Source: an uncultured Dokdonella sp.
GTDB taxonomy: Bacteria; Pseudomonadota; Gammaproteobacteria; Xanthomonadales; Rhodanobacteraceae
Length of the DNA stretch: 64,000 bases
Reading direction: 5' to 3'
Assembly: GCA_964587775.1 (NCBI GenBank)
Contig: CAZPLY010000007.1
Span: 67,621-131,620, forward strand
Part shown: piece by piece, positions 19,335-28,880 of the stretch
Position numbering within the stretch: position 1 is the stretch's first letter
Layout of the letters: every line of letters begins with the position of its first letter
Notes under the pieces: generated by a model
What the model saw: only the letters and a program-made list of their open reading frames with translations
The model's database searches: none
What the model was told of the DNA's origin: nothing
Made by a program: the position numbers and the translations under genes

Positions 19335-19913
19335 ATGCGCAGGCTCGTCATCCTGACTGTTCCGTTGTTCGCCGTGGCATGCATGCAGGACAACGATTCA
19401 CCCGACCGCTCCGCTGCGCGCGCACCCGACACCGCGGCAAGCACGCCGGCGCCGGTCGTCGCCGAAAAGATCAGCGCGCGTGTCGAGCTTGCCGCGACCG
19501 AAGGCCACCGTGGCTCGGGTCGTCTGTCGCTCGAGCGAGAGGCCCAGGGCGTGCGCATCGTCGGCATGCTGAGCGGGCTCGATGCCGGCTCGGAGCATGG
19601 TTTCCATGTCCATGAGAACGGTGACTGCAGTGCACCCGACGCGAGCAGCGCCGGCGGTCATTTCAATCCGCACGGGCAGGCCCACGGCAAGCCCGACGCC
19701 GATCAGCACCATGCCGGCGACATGTTCAACGTGCAGGCCGATGCACAGGGCAGCGCGCGAGTCGACGTGCTCGTGCCCGGCGTGAGCCTGCGCGATGGTG
19801 CGGTCGGCGACGTGCTCGGCAAGTCGATCGTCGTGCACAAGCAGGCCGACGACTACGTGACCCAGCCGTCCGGCAATTCCGGTGACCGCATTGCCTGCGG
19901 CGTGATCCGTTGA
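19335..19913 (+). CDS. sodC: Periplasmic Cu/Zn superoxide dismutase
   Basis: ATG at 19335. Signal peptide MRRLVILTVPLFAVAC (possible lipobox). Copper and zinc ligand motifs HGFHVHENGDC, GGHFNPH, HAGDM, VVHKQADD, GDRIACGVI. Confidence 0.9.
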   Translation: MRRLVILTVPLFAVACMQDNDSPDRSAARAPDTAASTPAPVVAEKISARVELAATEGHRGSGRLSLEREAQGVRIVGMLSGLDAGSEHGFHVHENGDCSAPDASSAGGHFNPHGQAHGKPDADQHHAGDMFNVQADAQGSARVDVLVPGVSLRDGAVGDVLGKSIVVHKQADDYVTQPSGNSGDRIACGVIR

Positions 19914-19928
19914 GCGAGGTCGGGCCCG

Positions 19929-20717
19929 CTACAGCGATTGGGTGCGACCGCCGTCCACGGGCACGTTTGCGCCATTGATGTAGCCGGCAGCCGGCGAGGC
20001 GAGGAATGCGATCACGGCGCCGATTTCGGACGCGTCGCCGAAGCGCTGCAGCGGCACGCCGGCGAGCATCCGGCCCGCGATCAGGTCGCGCGACTCGCCG
20101 CTCGCGCGCATGCGGTCGTCGAGGATCTGGTCGAGGCGCCGGGTCTTCGTGTAACCGGGCAACACGTTGTTGACGGTGATGCCATGCACGCCGAGCTCGC
20201 TCGCGAGGGTTTTCGCCCAGTTCGCGACCGCACCCCGGATCGTGTTGGAGACGCCGAGGTTGCGGATCGGTTCCTTAACCGACGTCGAGATCACATTGAT
20301 GATGCGCCCGTAGCCGGCGCCCTGCATGCCGGGCAGGACGGCCTGGAGGACGACTTGTGCCGCGACCAGGTGCTGGTTGAACGCGGCGAGGAAATCATCG
20401 GGCGATGCTGCATGCGCGGGACCGCCGGGCGGCCCTCCCGAATTGTTGACGAGGATCTGCACAGGGGTCGCGCTCGCGACCGCTTCGACGCGCGCGCGCA
20501 GCGCGGCAGGCGCACCCATGTCGGCGGCAACGAAGCCGTGCTTCTGCGCGGCGTGCGTACGCGGCAGCGCGGCGACAGCTTCCGCGAGTGCTTCGGGCGT
20601 TCGCGCGAGCAGGCTGACGTCGGCGCCAAGCAAGGCCAGCTCGTGTGCAGCCGCGCGCCCGATGCCCTGCGAGGCGCCGAGCACGAGTGCATGCTTGCCG
20701 GTCAGGTCGAGGTCCAT
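19929..20717 (-). CDS. SDR-family oxidoreductase
   Basis: 262 aa. Rossmann motif LTGKHALVLGASQGIGRA, NNSG, and a C-terminal GYINGANVPVDGG typical of classical short-chain dehydrogenases. Confidence 0.85.
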   Translation of the reverse strand: MDLDLTGKHALVLGASQGIGRAAAHELALLGADVSLLARTPEALAEAVAALPRTHAAQKHGFVAADMGAPAALRARVEAVASATPVQILVNNSGGPPGGPAHAASPDDFLAAFNQHLVAAQVVLQAVLPGMQGAGYGRIINVISTSVKEPIRNLGVSNTIRGAVANWAKTLASELGVHGITVNNVLPGYTKTRRLDQILDDRMRASGESRDLIAGRMLAGVPLQRFGDASEIGAVIAFLASPAAGYINGANVPVDGGRTQSL

Positions 20718-20733
20718 GCGCGGTCTCCAGCCT

Positions 20734-21075
20734 TCATTGCAGGCGCAGCAGCTTGACGGTCATCAACGGCACGAGGTCGTCGTCGTCGTCGGCCTCGGGC
20801 GGGCCGACCGACTCGAGATCGAAACCCATTTCGGCGGCGTCGTTCTCGTCGAGGCCGTCGAAGGCGCGGAACTCGGCATCGAGCAGGGCCATGCGCGCCT
20901 GGATCTCGTCATCGTAGCGCAGGAAGGTGCCGGCGCTGTCGAGCACCTCGGCGATGCCCGAGTCGAGCACGCGCAGGCGCGCCCAGACCAGGAGGTCTCC
21001 AGTCGCGGCGCACCACCAGATGCATTCGACCGCGGCATCGTCGCCTTCCACCGGGACATCGTGTTGGTCGTTCAT
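20734..21075 (-). CDS. Hypothetical acidic protein
   Basis: 113-aa ORF, strongly acidic (C-terminal PPEADDDDD). Its ATG overlaps the stop of the upstream small membrane-protein gene (ATGA). I recognise no family. Confidence 0.4.
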   Translation of the reverse strand: MNDQHDVPVEGDDAAVECIWWCAATGDLLVWARLRVLDSGIAEVLDSAGTFLRYDDEIQARMALLDAEFRAFDGLDENDAAEMGFDLESVGPPEADDDDDLVPLMTVKLLRLQ

Positions 21076-21380
21076 GGCAGTTCCCCGAGCGCCTTGGAGA
21101 CGAAGGTCGCGGTGAATCCGAACACGATCGCCCAGGCCCCGGTGAAACCGAGCCTGGCGAGGCCGGTCAGCATGCGGTCGCCGAGGCGCCGGTAGCGCCG
21201 CGCGAGGTACCAGCCGAAGGCACGTGGCGTGAACATGAAACGCCCGATGCGCTCACGTTCCTCCGGATGATGATCGCGCAGGTGCACGCTGACGAGCACC
21301 CAGGTCATCAGGTAGGTGGTCAGGCCGGCAACAATGAAGCCGAGGCCCATGATCAACAGGAATTCGCGGGTGGCGAGCAT
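21072..21380 (-). CDS. Hypothetical small membrane protein (2 TM)
   Basis: 102 aa from the ATG at 21380 ([30 protein letters not shown]...GFTGAWAIVFGFTATFV). This is the C-terminal part of track ORF 21072..22862; the upstream part is antisense-frame noise over asnS. The start overlaps the asnS stop (TGATG). Confidence 0.45.
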   Translation of the reverse strand: MLATREFLLIMGLGFIVAGLTTYLMTWVLVSVHLRDHHPEERERIGRFMFTPRAFGWYLARRYRRLGDRMLTGLARLGFTGAWAIVFGFTATFVSKALGELP

Positions 21381-22780
21381 CAGAACTCCGCGTGGCCCGG
21401 CACACGCGGATAGGGAATCGCGTCGCGGATGTTGGCGAGCCCGCAGACATACACGACGAGGCGCTCGAAGCCGAGGCCGAAGCCGGCATGCGGAACACTG
21501 CCGTAGCGGCGGAAATCGCGGTACCAGCCGTAGTGTTCGCGGTCGAGCCCGAACTGGGCGATGCGGCGGTCGAGCACGTCGAGGCGCTCTTCGCGCTGCG
21601 AGCCGCCGATGATCTCGCCGATGCCCGGTGCGAGCACGTCCATCGCGGCGACCGTGCGTCCGTCGTCGTTGAGGCGCATGTAGAACGACTTGATCCGCTC
21701 TGGGTAGTTGACGACGACGACCGGGCGCCCGACATGCTGTTCGGTCAGGTAGCGCTCGTGCTCGGTCTGCAGGTCCGCGCCCCATTCGACCGGGAACTCG
21801 AATTTCCTGCCGGACCTGGCGAGGATTCCGACCGCATCCCCGTAGTCGATGCGCTCGAACGGCGCCTCGACGAATGCCTCGAGGCGCGACACGGCGGTCT
21901 TCTCGACGCGCTCGGCGAAGAACGCCATGTCGTCGCCGCGTTCGTCGAGGACCGCGCGGAACACGTACTTGAGCAGCGCTTCCGCGACGCGCGCGTTCTC
22001 GTCGAGGTCGGCGAACGCGATTTCCGGCTCGATCATCCAGAACTCGGCGAGGTGACGCGCGGTATTCGAGTTCTCGGCGCGGAACGTCGGGCCGAACGTG
22101 TAGACCTTGCTGAGCGCGAGGCAGTAGCCCTCGACGTTGAGCTGGCCCGACACGGTCAGGAACGCTTCCTTGCCGAAGAAGTCCTTGCGGAAATCGACGG
22201 CGCCCTTGTCCGTGCGCGGCAGGTTCATGAGGTCGAGCGTCGACACGCGGAACATCTGGCCGGCACCCTCGGCGTCCGAGGTCGTGATGATCGGCGTGTT
22301 GACCCAGAAGAAGCCGTTCTGGTCGAAGTAGCGATGGATCGCCGCGGCAATCGTGTGGCGCACGCGCGTGATCGCGCCGAACAGGTTCGTGCGCGGACGC
22401 AGGTGGGCGACCTCGCGCAGGAACTCGAGCGAATGCGCCTTCGGCTGGATCGGATAGGTTTCCGGATCGTCGACGAAGCCGGTGACCTCGATCCGGTTCG
22501 CCCGCATCTCGAAGCCCTGGCCCTTGCCCAGCGAGGCGACCAGTTCGCCTTCGGCGACCAGCGAACAGCCGGCGCCGAGATGCAGGACCTCGCTCGCGTA
22601 GTTCGACAAGGATTCGTCGGCGACGATCTGGATCGGATCGAAGCACGAGCCATCGCTCAGGTTGACGAACGACAGGCCGGCCTTGGAGTCGCGCCGCGTG
22701 CGCACCCAGCCGCGCACCGCGATCTTGCTGCCGACCGGGAGCGCGCCGCTCAAGGCCTGTTTGACACTGACAACGGACAT
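21380..22780 (-). CDS. asnS: Asparagine--tRNA ligase
   Basis: Near-collinear with E. coli AsnRS from [10 protein letters not shown] (ATG 22780): [63 protein letters not shown]. Confidence 0.95.
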   Translation of the reverse strand: MSVVSVKQALSGALPVGSKIAVRGWVRTRRDSKAGLSFVNLSDGSCFDPIQIVADESLSNYASEVLHLGAGCSLVAEGELVASLGKGQGFEMRANRIEVTGFVDDPETYPIQPKAHSLEFLREVAHLRPRTNLFGAITRVRHTIAAAIHRYFDQNGFFWVNTPIITTSDAEGAGQMFRVSTLDLMNLPRTDKGAVDFRKDFFGKEAFLTVSGQLNVEGYCLALSKVYTFGPTFRAENSNTARHLAEFWMIEPEIAFADLDENARVAEALLKYVFRAVLDERGDDMAFFAERVEKTAVSRLEAFVEAPFERIDYGDAVGILARSGRKFEFPVEWGADLQTEHERYLTEQHVGRPVVVVNYPERIKSFYMRLNDDGRTVAAMDVLAPGIGEIIGGSQREERLDVLDRRIAQFGLDREHYGWYRDFRRYGSVPHAGFGLGFERLVVYVCGLANIRDAIPYPRVPGHAEF

Positions 22781-22843
22781 TCGGGCAAACTCCATGCTCG
22801 ACCGGCAAGGCGGTCGGAGAAACCGGGGCGGGCTGAATTCGCG

Positions 22844-23962
22844 ATGATAACGGATGCGTCAATCCGAAGAAGAGGGCACCCGCGCCGATGGATCGGGATT
22901 TTCGTCGCCGTGCTTGCCGCCGCCGCGGCGCCTGCCGGCCAGGCCGCGAGCGCGTCGGCAGCGGTCGGCGATCGCTTTGCCGCGCTCGCCCTCGGCTGCG
23001 TCACGCGTGAATACCCGAACAAGATCACGCACGAACTGCGTGGCGACGAGGACGTCGCCCCGCCGCGTCGCCTGTACCCCGCATTCCACGGCTGCTTCGA
23101 CTGGCATTCCTCGGTGCACGGACACTGGCTGCTCGTGCGCCTGCTGCGCACCGGACCACAGGCCGCCTGGTCGACCGCAGCGCGTGAGGCACTCGCACGC
23201 AACCTGAGCGCGGCGAACATCGCCGGTGAACTGGCGACCATGCGTCGCGGCAGCGACACGTTCGAACGCCCGTACGGCCTCGCCTGGCTGCTCCAGCTCG
23301 GGGCCGACCTGCGCCGCTGGGACGATCCGCGGGCGCGCGCGTGGTCCGCGGCGCTCGCGCCGCTCGAGCGCGAGGCCTCGCTGCGGCTGCTGCGCTGGCT
23401 GCCGAAGCTGACGGCGCCGATCCGCACCGGTGAGCATTCGCAGACCGCCTTCGCATTCGGTCTTGCCCTCGACGCGGCCCGCATCGGCGGTGACCGCGCG
23501 CTCGAGCAAGCCCTCGTCGAGCGTTCGCGCGCGTTCCATCTCGGTGACCGCGATTGTCCCATCGCCTACGAGCCATCGGGCCAGGACTTCCTGTCGCCAT
23601 GCCTGGCCGAGGCCGACCTGATGCGCCGCGTCCTGTCGTCGCGCGAGTTCGCGCGCTGGCTGCGCGATTTCCTGCCCGGCATCCCGCGCCGGGTCGATCC
23701 GGACTGGTTGCCGCCAGCCGTCGTCCTCGATGCCTCGGATGGCAAGCTCGCTCATCTGGACGGGCTCAACCTCAGTCGCGCCTGGATGCTCGAGGCGATC
23801 GCCGATGCGTTGCCGGCGCGTGACCGGCGCATTCCGGTCCTGCATGACGCAGCGAAGCGCAATGCGCGGAGCGGGCTGGCTGCCGTCAGCGGCACGCATT
23901 ACGAGGGGACGCACTGGCTCGGCAGCTTCGCGACCTACCTGACCACCCGCGAATCGCCTTGA
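22844..23962 (+). CDS. Exported conserved protein, DUF2891-like
   Basis: ATG at 22844. Hydrophobic signal segment [21 protein letters not shown]. The motif [24 protein letters not shown] is, as I recall, characteristic of DUF2891. The upstream 1.4 kb of track ORF 21392..23962 is antisense to asnS and is rejected. Confidence 0.6.
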   Translation: MITDASIRRRGHPRRWIGIFVAVLAAAAAPAGQAASASAAVGDRFAALALGCVTREYPNKITHELRGDEDVAPPRRLYPAFHGCFDWHSSVHGHWLLVRLLRTGPQAAWSTAAREALARNLSAANIAGELATMRRGSDTFERPYGLAWLLQLGADLRRWDDPRARAWSAALAPLEREASLRLLRWLPKLTAPIRTGEHSQTAFAFGLALDAARIGGDRALEQALVERSRAFHLGDRDCPIAYEPSGQDFLSPCLAEADLMRRVLSSREFARWLRDFLPGIPRRVDPDWLPPAVVLDASDGKLAHLDGLNLSRAWMLEAIADALPARDRRIPVLHDAAKRNARSGLAAVSGTHYEGTHWLGSFATYLTTRESP

Positions 23963-24032
23963 TAACGCCACGTGCTGCCACGATCTTGATGCTGCCGTCC
24001 GCCGCATGGCGGCGCCTGCGAGGATGTTCCCG

Positions 24033-24368
24033 ATGTCGATCCAGTTGACCGAAGCCGCGCGGCAGCGCATCACCGAGTTCATGGCCAAGGATCCGGGCGC
24101 GGTCGGCGTCCGCTTCGGCATCAAGCGGACGGGCTGCTCGGGCTACGCCTACACGGTCGACCTCGCCGCGGCGGTCGCGGCCGACGATTCGGTGTTCGAC
24201 CACGACGGCATCCGCGTCCTGATCGACCCGCAGGCGCTGCCGTTCGTCGACGGCACCGAGATCGACTACCGCCGCCAGGGGCTCAATGCGGCCTTCGTGT
24301 TCCGCAATCCGAACGCGACCGGCGCATGCGGATGCGGCGAGAGTTTCACGGTCGACGCGGCCAGCTGA
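24033..24368 (+). CDS. Iron-sulfur cluster insertion/assembly protein, IscA/ErpA (HesB) family
   Basis: MSIQLTEAARQRI... is collinear with E. coli IscA. Conserved Cys ligands are present (GCSGYAY ... CGCGESF). Confidence 0.8.
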   Translation: MSIQLTEAARQRITEFMAKDPGAVGVRFGIKRTGCSGYAYTVDLAAAVAADDSVFDHDGIRVLIDPQALPFVDGTEIDYRRQGLNAAFVFRNPNATGACGCGESFTVDAAS

Positions 24369-24589
24369 GGGCGCCGGACCCCCTTACTTTCGGCCCTGTC
24401 GCCACGCCTCGAAAACTGTTATAGACTCGGGCCGCGTCGTGTCTGCGCGGTCTGGCGGGTCGTGGGGCGATCCGGGGGAATTTCCGCTTTTCGCCTTGCT
24501 TCGTGTCCTTGATGTGCCGCGTCGTCCCGCGCACGGGAGGCCCTTTTTCGGGGTATCGGGCGTATCAGTTTAGTTTTGGAGATTTTTCA

Positions 24590-24799
24590 ATGTCGGATCG
24601 TCAGGTCGGCACCGTCAAGTGGTTCAACGAAAGCAAGGGTTTCGGCTTCATCAGCCGCGAGAACGGCCCGGATGTGTTCGTGCATTTCCGCGCCATCAAC
24701 GGCTCGGGTTTCCGCACCCTCCAGGAGGGGCAGCGGGTCAGCTTCAAGGTCGTCCAGGGGCAGAAGGGCCTGCAGGCGGAGGATGTCACCGCCGCCTGA
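24590..24799 (+). CDS. cspA: Cold-shock protein (CspA family)
   Basis: 69 aa, [33 protein letters not shown], with both RNP motifs. Preceded by an untranslated leader of about 220 nt. Confidence 0.95.
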   Translation: MSDRQVGTVKWFNESKGFGFISRENGPDVFVHFRAINGSGFRTLQEGQRVSFKVVQGQKGLQAEDVTAA

Positions 24800-24828
24800 T
24801 CCGTCGATCGAGCTCGCGCACAGCTCTC

Positions 24829-24865
24829 GGGGCCGCGGCGTTCGCGCCGCGGCCCCGTTGTTTTC
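24829..24865 (+). terminator. Rho-independent terminator after cspA
   Basis: GGGGCCGCGGCG-TTCG-CGCCGCGGCCCC, a perfect 12-bp stem, followed by GTTGTTTTC. Confidence 0.6.
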
Positions 24866-24913
24866 AGAGAAACGACACCCACGTGTGTGGTTTGTCGCCA
24901 GCGAGGAACCGAA

Positions 24914-25177
24914 ATGATCACATTGAACGTCCGCGGCTTGCCGCGCAGCATGACCGAAACGTCGTTGAACGACCTGTTCGGCAAGTTTGGCCGCGTCCAC
25001 AAGCTCAAGATGGCGATGGACCCGTTCAAGAACGAGTGCAAGGGTTTCGCCGAACTCGCGATGGAAGGTCACGAAGCGCGGGCCGCGATCGCCGGTCTCG
25101 ACGGCAGTTTCCAGGATGGCGGCACCTTGCGCGTCGGCCTTGCCAGTGATCGCCCGCAGCGCGGTGGCCGTCGCTGA
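24914..25177 (+). CDS. RNA-binding protein with a single RRM domain
   Basis: 87 aa. RNP2-like ITLNVRGL and RNP1-like KGFAELAM. C-terminal basic tail RPQRGGRR. Confidence 0.75.
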   Translation: MITLNVRGLPRSMTETSLNDLFGKFGRVHKLKMAMDPFKNECKGFAELAMEGHEARAAIAGLDGSFQDGGTLRVGLASDRPQRGGRR

Positions 25178-25293
25178 GCCCGGGCTGCCGATGATTCAAT
25201 GCGACGCAGGCACGGCACGGTCCGACCGACCGGATCCGTGCCGCGACGCCGAACGACGCCGGGCCACGGTCCGTCGCTGATGTGGAATCCCCG

Positions 25294-26352
25294 ATGACCC
25301 TGTTCGAGACGGTCGCCTTCCGCGAGGTGTCGCTGCGCAACCGGATCGCGGTCTCGCCGATGTGCGAGTACTCGGCGATCGAGGGCCTGCCACAGCCCTG
25401 GCATCTCGTTCACCTTGGCAGTCGCGCGGTCGGTGGTGCCGGCCTCGTGATCGCCGAGGCAAGCGCCGTCGAAGCGCGTGGGCGCATTTCACCAGGCGAC
25501 ACCGGCCTGTGGAACGACGCCCAGGCCGAAGCATGGGCGCCGATCACGAGTTTCATCGAGGCCTCCGGTGCGGTGGCCGGCATCCAGCTCGCGCACGCCG
25601 GGCGCAAGGCGAGCACGGCCGCGCCGTGGCTCGGCGGCACGCGCCTGGACCCGGGTGACGGCGGCTGGACGACAGTCGCGCCTTCGGCGATTGCATATGC
25701 TGCGACGGATCCGGTGCCGCTCGCCCTCGACGAGGCCGGGATCGCCGACCTCGTCGATGCATTCAAGGCATCCGCCGTGCGCGCCCTCGCAGCCGGATTC
25801 CGCGTGCTCGAACTGCATGCGGCACACGGCTATCTGCTGCACCAGTTCCTCTCTCCGCTCAGCAACCGGCGTGAGGACGGCTGGGGTGGGTCGTTCGAGC
25901 GACGCATCCGGCTGACCCGCGCGATTGTCGCGGCCGTGCGCACGGTCTGGCCCGAACGGCTGCCACTGTTCGTCCGCATCTCGGCGACCGACTGGGTCGA
26001 GGGTGGCTGGGACATCGAACAGAGCATCGAGCTGTCCCGCCTGCTCGCCGGCGAGGGCGTCGACCTCGTCGATGTGTCGAGCGGAGGACTTGATCCAGGG
26101 CAGTGCATCACGCCGGCTCCCGGCTACCAGGTGTCGTTCGCGGCGCGCATCCGCCGCGAAGCAAGGATCGCGACCGGCGCGGTTGGCCTGATCACCGATC
26201 CGGCCCAGGCCGAGGCGATCGTGGCCGCCGGTGATGCCGACATCGTCCTGCTCGCACGCGAACTCCTGCGCGATCCGTACTGGCCACGTCGCGCGTCGGC
26301 TGAGCTCGGCGTCGCGATCGATGCGCCGCTGCAATACCGGCGCGCGTGGTAG
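25294..26352 (+). CDS. namA: NADPH dehydrogenase / NADH:flavin oxidoreductase (Old Yellow Enzyme family, NamA-like)
   Basis: MTLFETV...LRNRIAVSPMC.YS, HLGSRAVGGAG, QLAHAGRK, ELHAAHGYLLHQFLSPLSNRR.D.WGGS are typical YqjM/NamA-class OYE motifs. Confidence 0.85.
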   Translation: MTLFETVAFREVSLRNRIAVSPMCEYSAIEGLPQPWHLVHLGSRAVGGAGLVIAEASAVEARGRISPGDTGLWNDAQAEAWAPITSFIEASGAVAGIQLAHAGRKASTAAPWLGGTRLDPGDGGWTTVAPSAIAYAATDPVPLALDEAGIADLVDAFKASAVRALAAGFRVLELHAAHGYLLHQFLSPLSNRREDGWGGSFERRIRLTRAIVAAVRTVWPERLPLFVRISATDWVEGGWDIEQSIELSRLLAGEGVDLVDVSSGGLDPGQCITPAPGYQVSFAARIRREARIATGAVGLITDPAQAEAIVAAGDADIVLLARELLRDPYWPRRASAELGVAIDAPLQYRRAW

Positions 26353-28879
26353 TGCCATCCGACCGATGACCGAACCGGCCACTTCCGTCCGCCTCGACAT
26401 CTGGTTGTGGGCCGCGCGCTTCTTCAAGACACGCAGTCTTGCGCGGCAGGCGATCGACGGCGGCAAGATCGACATCGGCGGCGCGACCGCGAAGCCGGCC
26501 AGGCTCGTCCACGCCGGCGATCGCCTGCGCGTGACGCGCGGCGAGGAACGCTTCGAAGTCCTCGTGCTGGCGCTTTCGACCCAACGTGGCCCGGCGCCCG
26601 TCGCGCGGGGGCTGTATGCCGAAACCGAAGCAAGTTCGCGCGAACGCGATCGCGTGCGGGAAATGCGGCGCCTTGCCGGCGCCGGCGTCGCGCACCCGCA
26701 GGGTCGCCCCGACAAGCATTCGCGTAAGCTCCTGCGCGGCATCAAGGAATGGCGCGATCAGGAGCCCGGCGCGGATTGAGCGCCAGCCGCGCGCGCTCCG
26801 CGCAGCCGTGCTGCCGGCGACGAATGCTGCGAAGGACGGATACAGGACGCGATTGGCATGCGCGCTCGGATGATCGCCGTCGAAGAACAACGGCCGGCCG
26901 TCCTGCACGGCGTTGCAGGTCGTCGACGTGCACAGCAACGGCAACGGATCCCAGATCGCCGCACCCGGAATCGAAGCGACGACACGCTCGAGTGCGGCGA
27001 GCGCCGGTCGCCGGTAGCGCTCGATTGCCGCCCGCGATGCGGAGAGCCCGCCGCGGCAGGCCGGATTGCCCTCGTTGAAGCGGTCAATGCAGCGGAACGC
27101 GGGTGCGGGGAACACCGGTTTCGGCGCTTCGAACACGAGTCGCAGGCCAGCGGCGGCAAGCGGTTGCAGGATCGCGACCACGCGGTCCTCTTCGGCGCGT
27201 TGCGCGGGCGAGCCCGTGTCGTCGACCGCGATCCCGTTGAAATCGAACAGCGCGCCGCCTTGCTGGTCGGCAAGCCGGTCGAGGCGCAAGGCGGCGAGGA
27301 ACAGCACGTCGCCGGCGCGCGCACGGCCGAGGATGTCGGCGACTGCGGCCGCTTCCTGGGCTGAGCAGGACGGCGCATTGCGCCCCGGTTGCAGGCTCGC
27401 GAACGAGCAGCCGGGATTGTCGTAGATTCTCACCGGTGCGCCGCTGCGCAGGACATGCTCGGTCAACATCGTCCGATAGGCGAGTGCATGCGAATCACCG
27501 AGAGCGAAGACGTGCGGCGTGGTCGCGCCTGCACAGCCGGCGCGCCTGTAGTCGGTGAAGCCGCCTGCGCCCGCGTCGCCGGCGGCCGCGACCAGGTGGC
27601 AGTCCGGCAGGTCGTCAAGGCGGTCGATCGCATCCGGATACCAGTCAGCCGCATGACGCGTCACCGTGCTCAAGGAGACGTGTGGACCGAGATCCCTGAT
27701 CGCGTGGGCGAGTCCCGCGCAGGCGCAAATCGCGAACAGGCCTCCCGCGATCACGTGACGGCGAGGGATTGCGCCGAACCATCGCGCATGGCGCCACGGC
27801 GATTCGATCCATCGGAACGAGAACCCGGCGAGCACGAACGTTGCGACCAGCGCGGCAACCTGCTTGTGGGGCGAGTCGAGTCCGACCGTCCAGCGCATCA
27901 GCACGAACACCGGCCAATGCCACAGGTACAACGAATACGACCGTTTGCCGATGTACCTGAACACGCCGCTGCCGAGCACGCGGGCGAGCGCCGATGATCG
28001 ATCGGCACCGTGCAGTGACCAGAGCACGACGAGCGTCGCGAGCACGACCGGCCACGCCCCGGGCCGGGCCTGCGCGGGCACGGCGACCATCGTGGCGAGG
28101 ATGCCCGCGATCCCGAGCCAGGCAAGCGCCTCGCGCGCACGCGGCATTGGTGCGCGTCGATCCGCGCCACCGAGATACTGGAACAACAGGACGCCGGCCG
28201 CGATTTCCCAGAGGCGCGAGGTGGTCAGGTAGAAAGCCGCCGCAGGGCCGCTGGATTCGCGCAGGAATGCATCGCCGAACGAAGCGGCGAACAGCAGCGC
28301 GAACAGTCCGATCGATGCCTGGCGTCCGCGTCGGCCACGCGTCCAGGCGAAGAACAGCAGCGGGAAAAGCAGGTAGAACTGTTCCTCGACGCCGAGCGAC
28401 CAGGTGTGCGTATACGGATTGAACTCGGCGGCCGGCGCGAAATAGCTTTCGCGCTGCGAGGCGAGATGGAGGTTTGCCAGTCCGAAGAACGCGTACAGGC
28501 CGGTCGTTTCATTCGACGCGCTGAGCCACGCGAACGGAACGACGAGCATGCACGCGAATGCCGTCAGCACGAGGCAGACGACGAGGGCCGGGGCGATGCG
28601 CAGCAGGCGACGCGAGTAGAAGTAGGCGAGGAAGCTCGCCAATCCGTCGCGACCCCAGCGGCTGACCGACGCGCTGACGACGAAGCCCGAGATCACGAAG
28701 AACACATCGACGCCGGCGAAGCCGCCGGGCAGCCAGTGCTCGCGCAGGTGGTAGGCGATGACCGCGAGCACGGCCAGCGCGCGCAGGCCGTCGACATGCG
28801 CGATGTACGCCGACCCGACCGCGGGCATGTCCCGTCGGTCCTCGATCGATGCCGCCGTGCGCATCGGCGCGGCCGGCAT
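26192..28879 (-). CDS. Acyltransferase-3 (OafA/YrhL-type) membrane protein with C-terminal SGNH domain; 3' end anomalous
   Basis: N-terminal AT3 motifs (HVDGLRALAVLAVI.YH, GVDVFFVISGF) and about 10 TM helices, then an SGNH-like domain ending FFDGDHPSAHAN. The expected end is near 26770-26780, but the frame has no stop until 26192, so the ORF overlaps hslR and the namA 3' end antisense. ATG at 28879 is 1 nt after the mutS stop. Confidence 0.7.
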   Translation of the reverse strand: MPAAPMRTAASIEDRRDMPAVGSAYIAHVDGLRALAVLAVIAYHLREHWLPGGFAGVDVFFVISGFVVSASVSRWGRDGLASFLAYFYSRRLLRIAPALVVCLVLTAFACMLVVPFAWLSASNETTGLYAFFGLANLHLASQRESYFAPAAEFNPYTHTWSLGVEEQFYLLFPLLFFAWTRGRRGRQASIGLFALLFAASFGDAFLRESSGPAAAFYLTTSRLWEIAAGVLLFQYLGGADRRAPMPRAREALAWLGIAGILATMVAVPAQARPGAWPVVLATLVVLWSLHGADRSSALARVLGSGVFRYIGKRSYSLYLWHWPVFVLMRWTVGLDSPHKQVAALVATFVLAGFSFRWIESPWRHARWFGAIPRRHVIAGGLFAICACAGLAHAIRDLGPHVSLSTVTRHAADWYPDAIDRLDDLPDCHLVAAAGDAGAGGFTDYRRAGCAGATTPHVFALGDSHALAYRTMLTEHVLRSGAPVRIYDNPGCSFASLQPGRNAPSCSAQEAAAVADILGRARAGDVLFLAALRLDRLADQQGGALFDFNGIAVDDTGSPAQRAEEDRVVAILQPLAAAGLRLVFEAPKPVFPAPAFRCIDRFNEGNPACRGGLSASRAAIERYRRPALAALERVVASIPGAAIWDPLPLLCTSTTCNAVQDGRPLFFDGDHPSAHANRVLYPSFAAFVAGSTAARSARGWRSIRAGLLIAPFLDAAQELTRMLVGATLRVRDAGAGKAPHFPHAIAFARTCFGFGIQPPRDGRRATLGRKRQHEDFEAFLAARHAQAIAGVDEPGRLRGRAADVDLAAVDRLPRKTACLEEARGPQPDVEADGSGRFGHRSDGTTTRAGIAAAHRSRRRAQPTRDVASTDRAGVRVRAGRCRHHRRPRSPRPGPDR
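26366..26779 (+). CDS. hslR: Ribosome-associated heat-shock protein Hsp15 (S4 domain)
   Basis: ATG at 26366. VRLDIWLWAARFFKTRSLARQAIDGGKI and C-terminal HPQGRPDKHSRKLL are collinear with E. coli HslR. Confidence 0.8.
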   Translation: MTEPATSVRLDIWLWAARFFKTRSLARQAIDGGKIDIGGATAKPARLVHAGDRLRVTRGEERFEVLVLALSTQRGPAPVARGLYAETEASSRERDRVREMRRLAGAGVAHPQGRPDKHSRKLLRGIKEWRDQEPGAD

Positions 28880-28880
28880 T

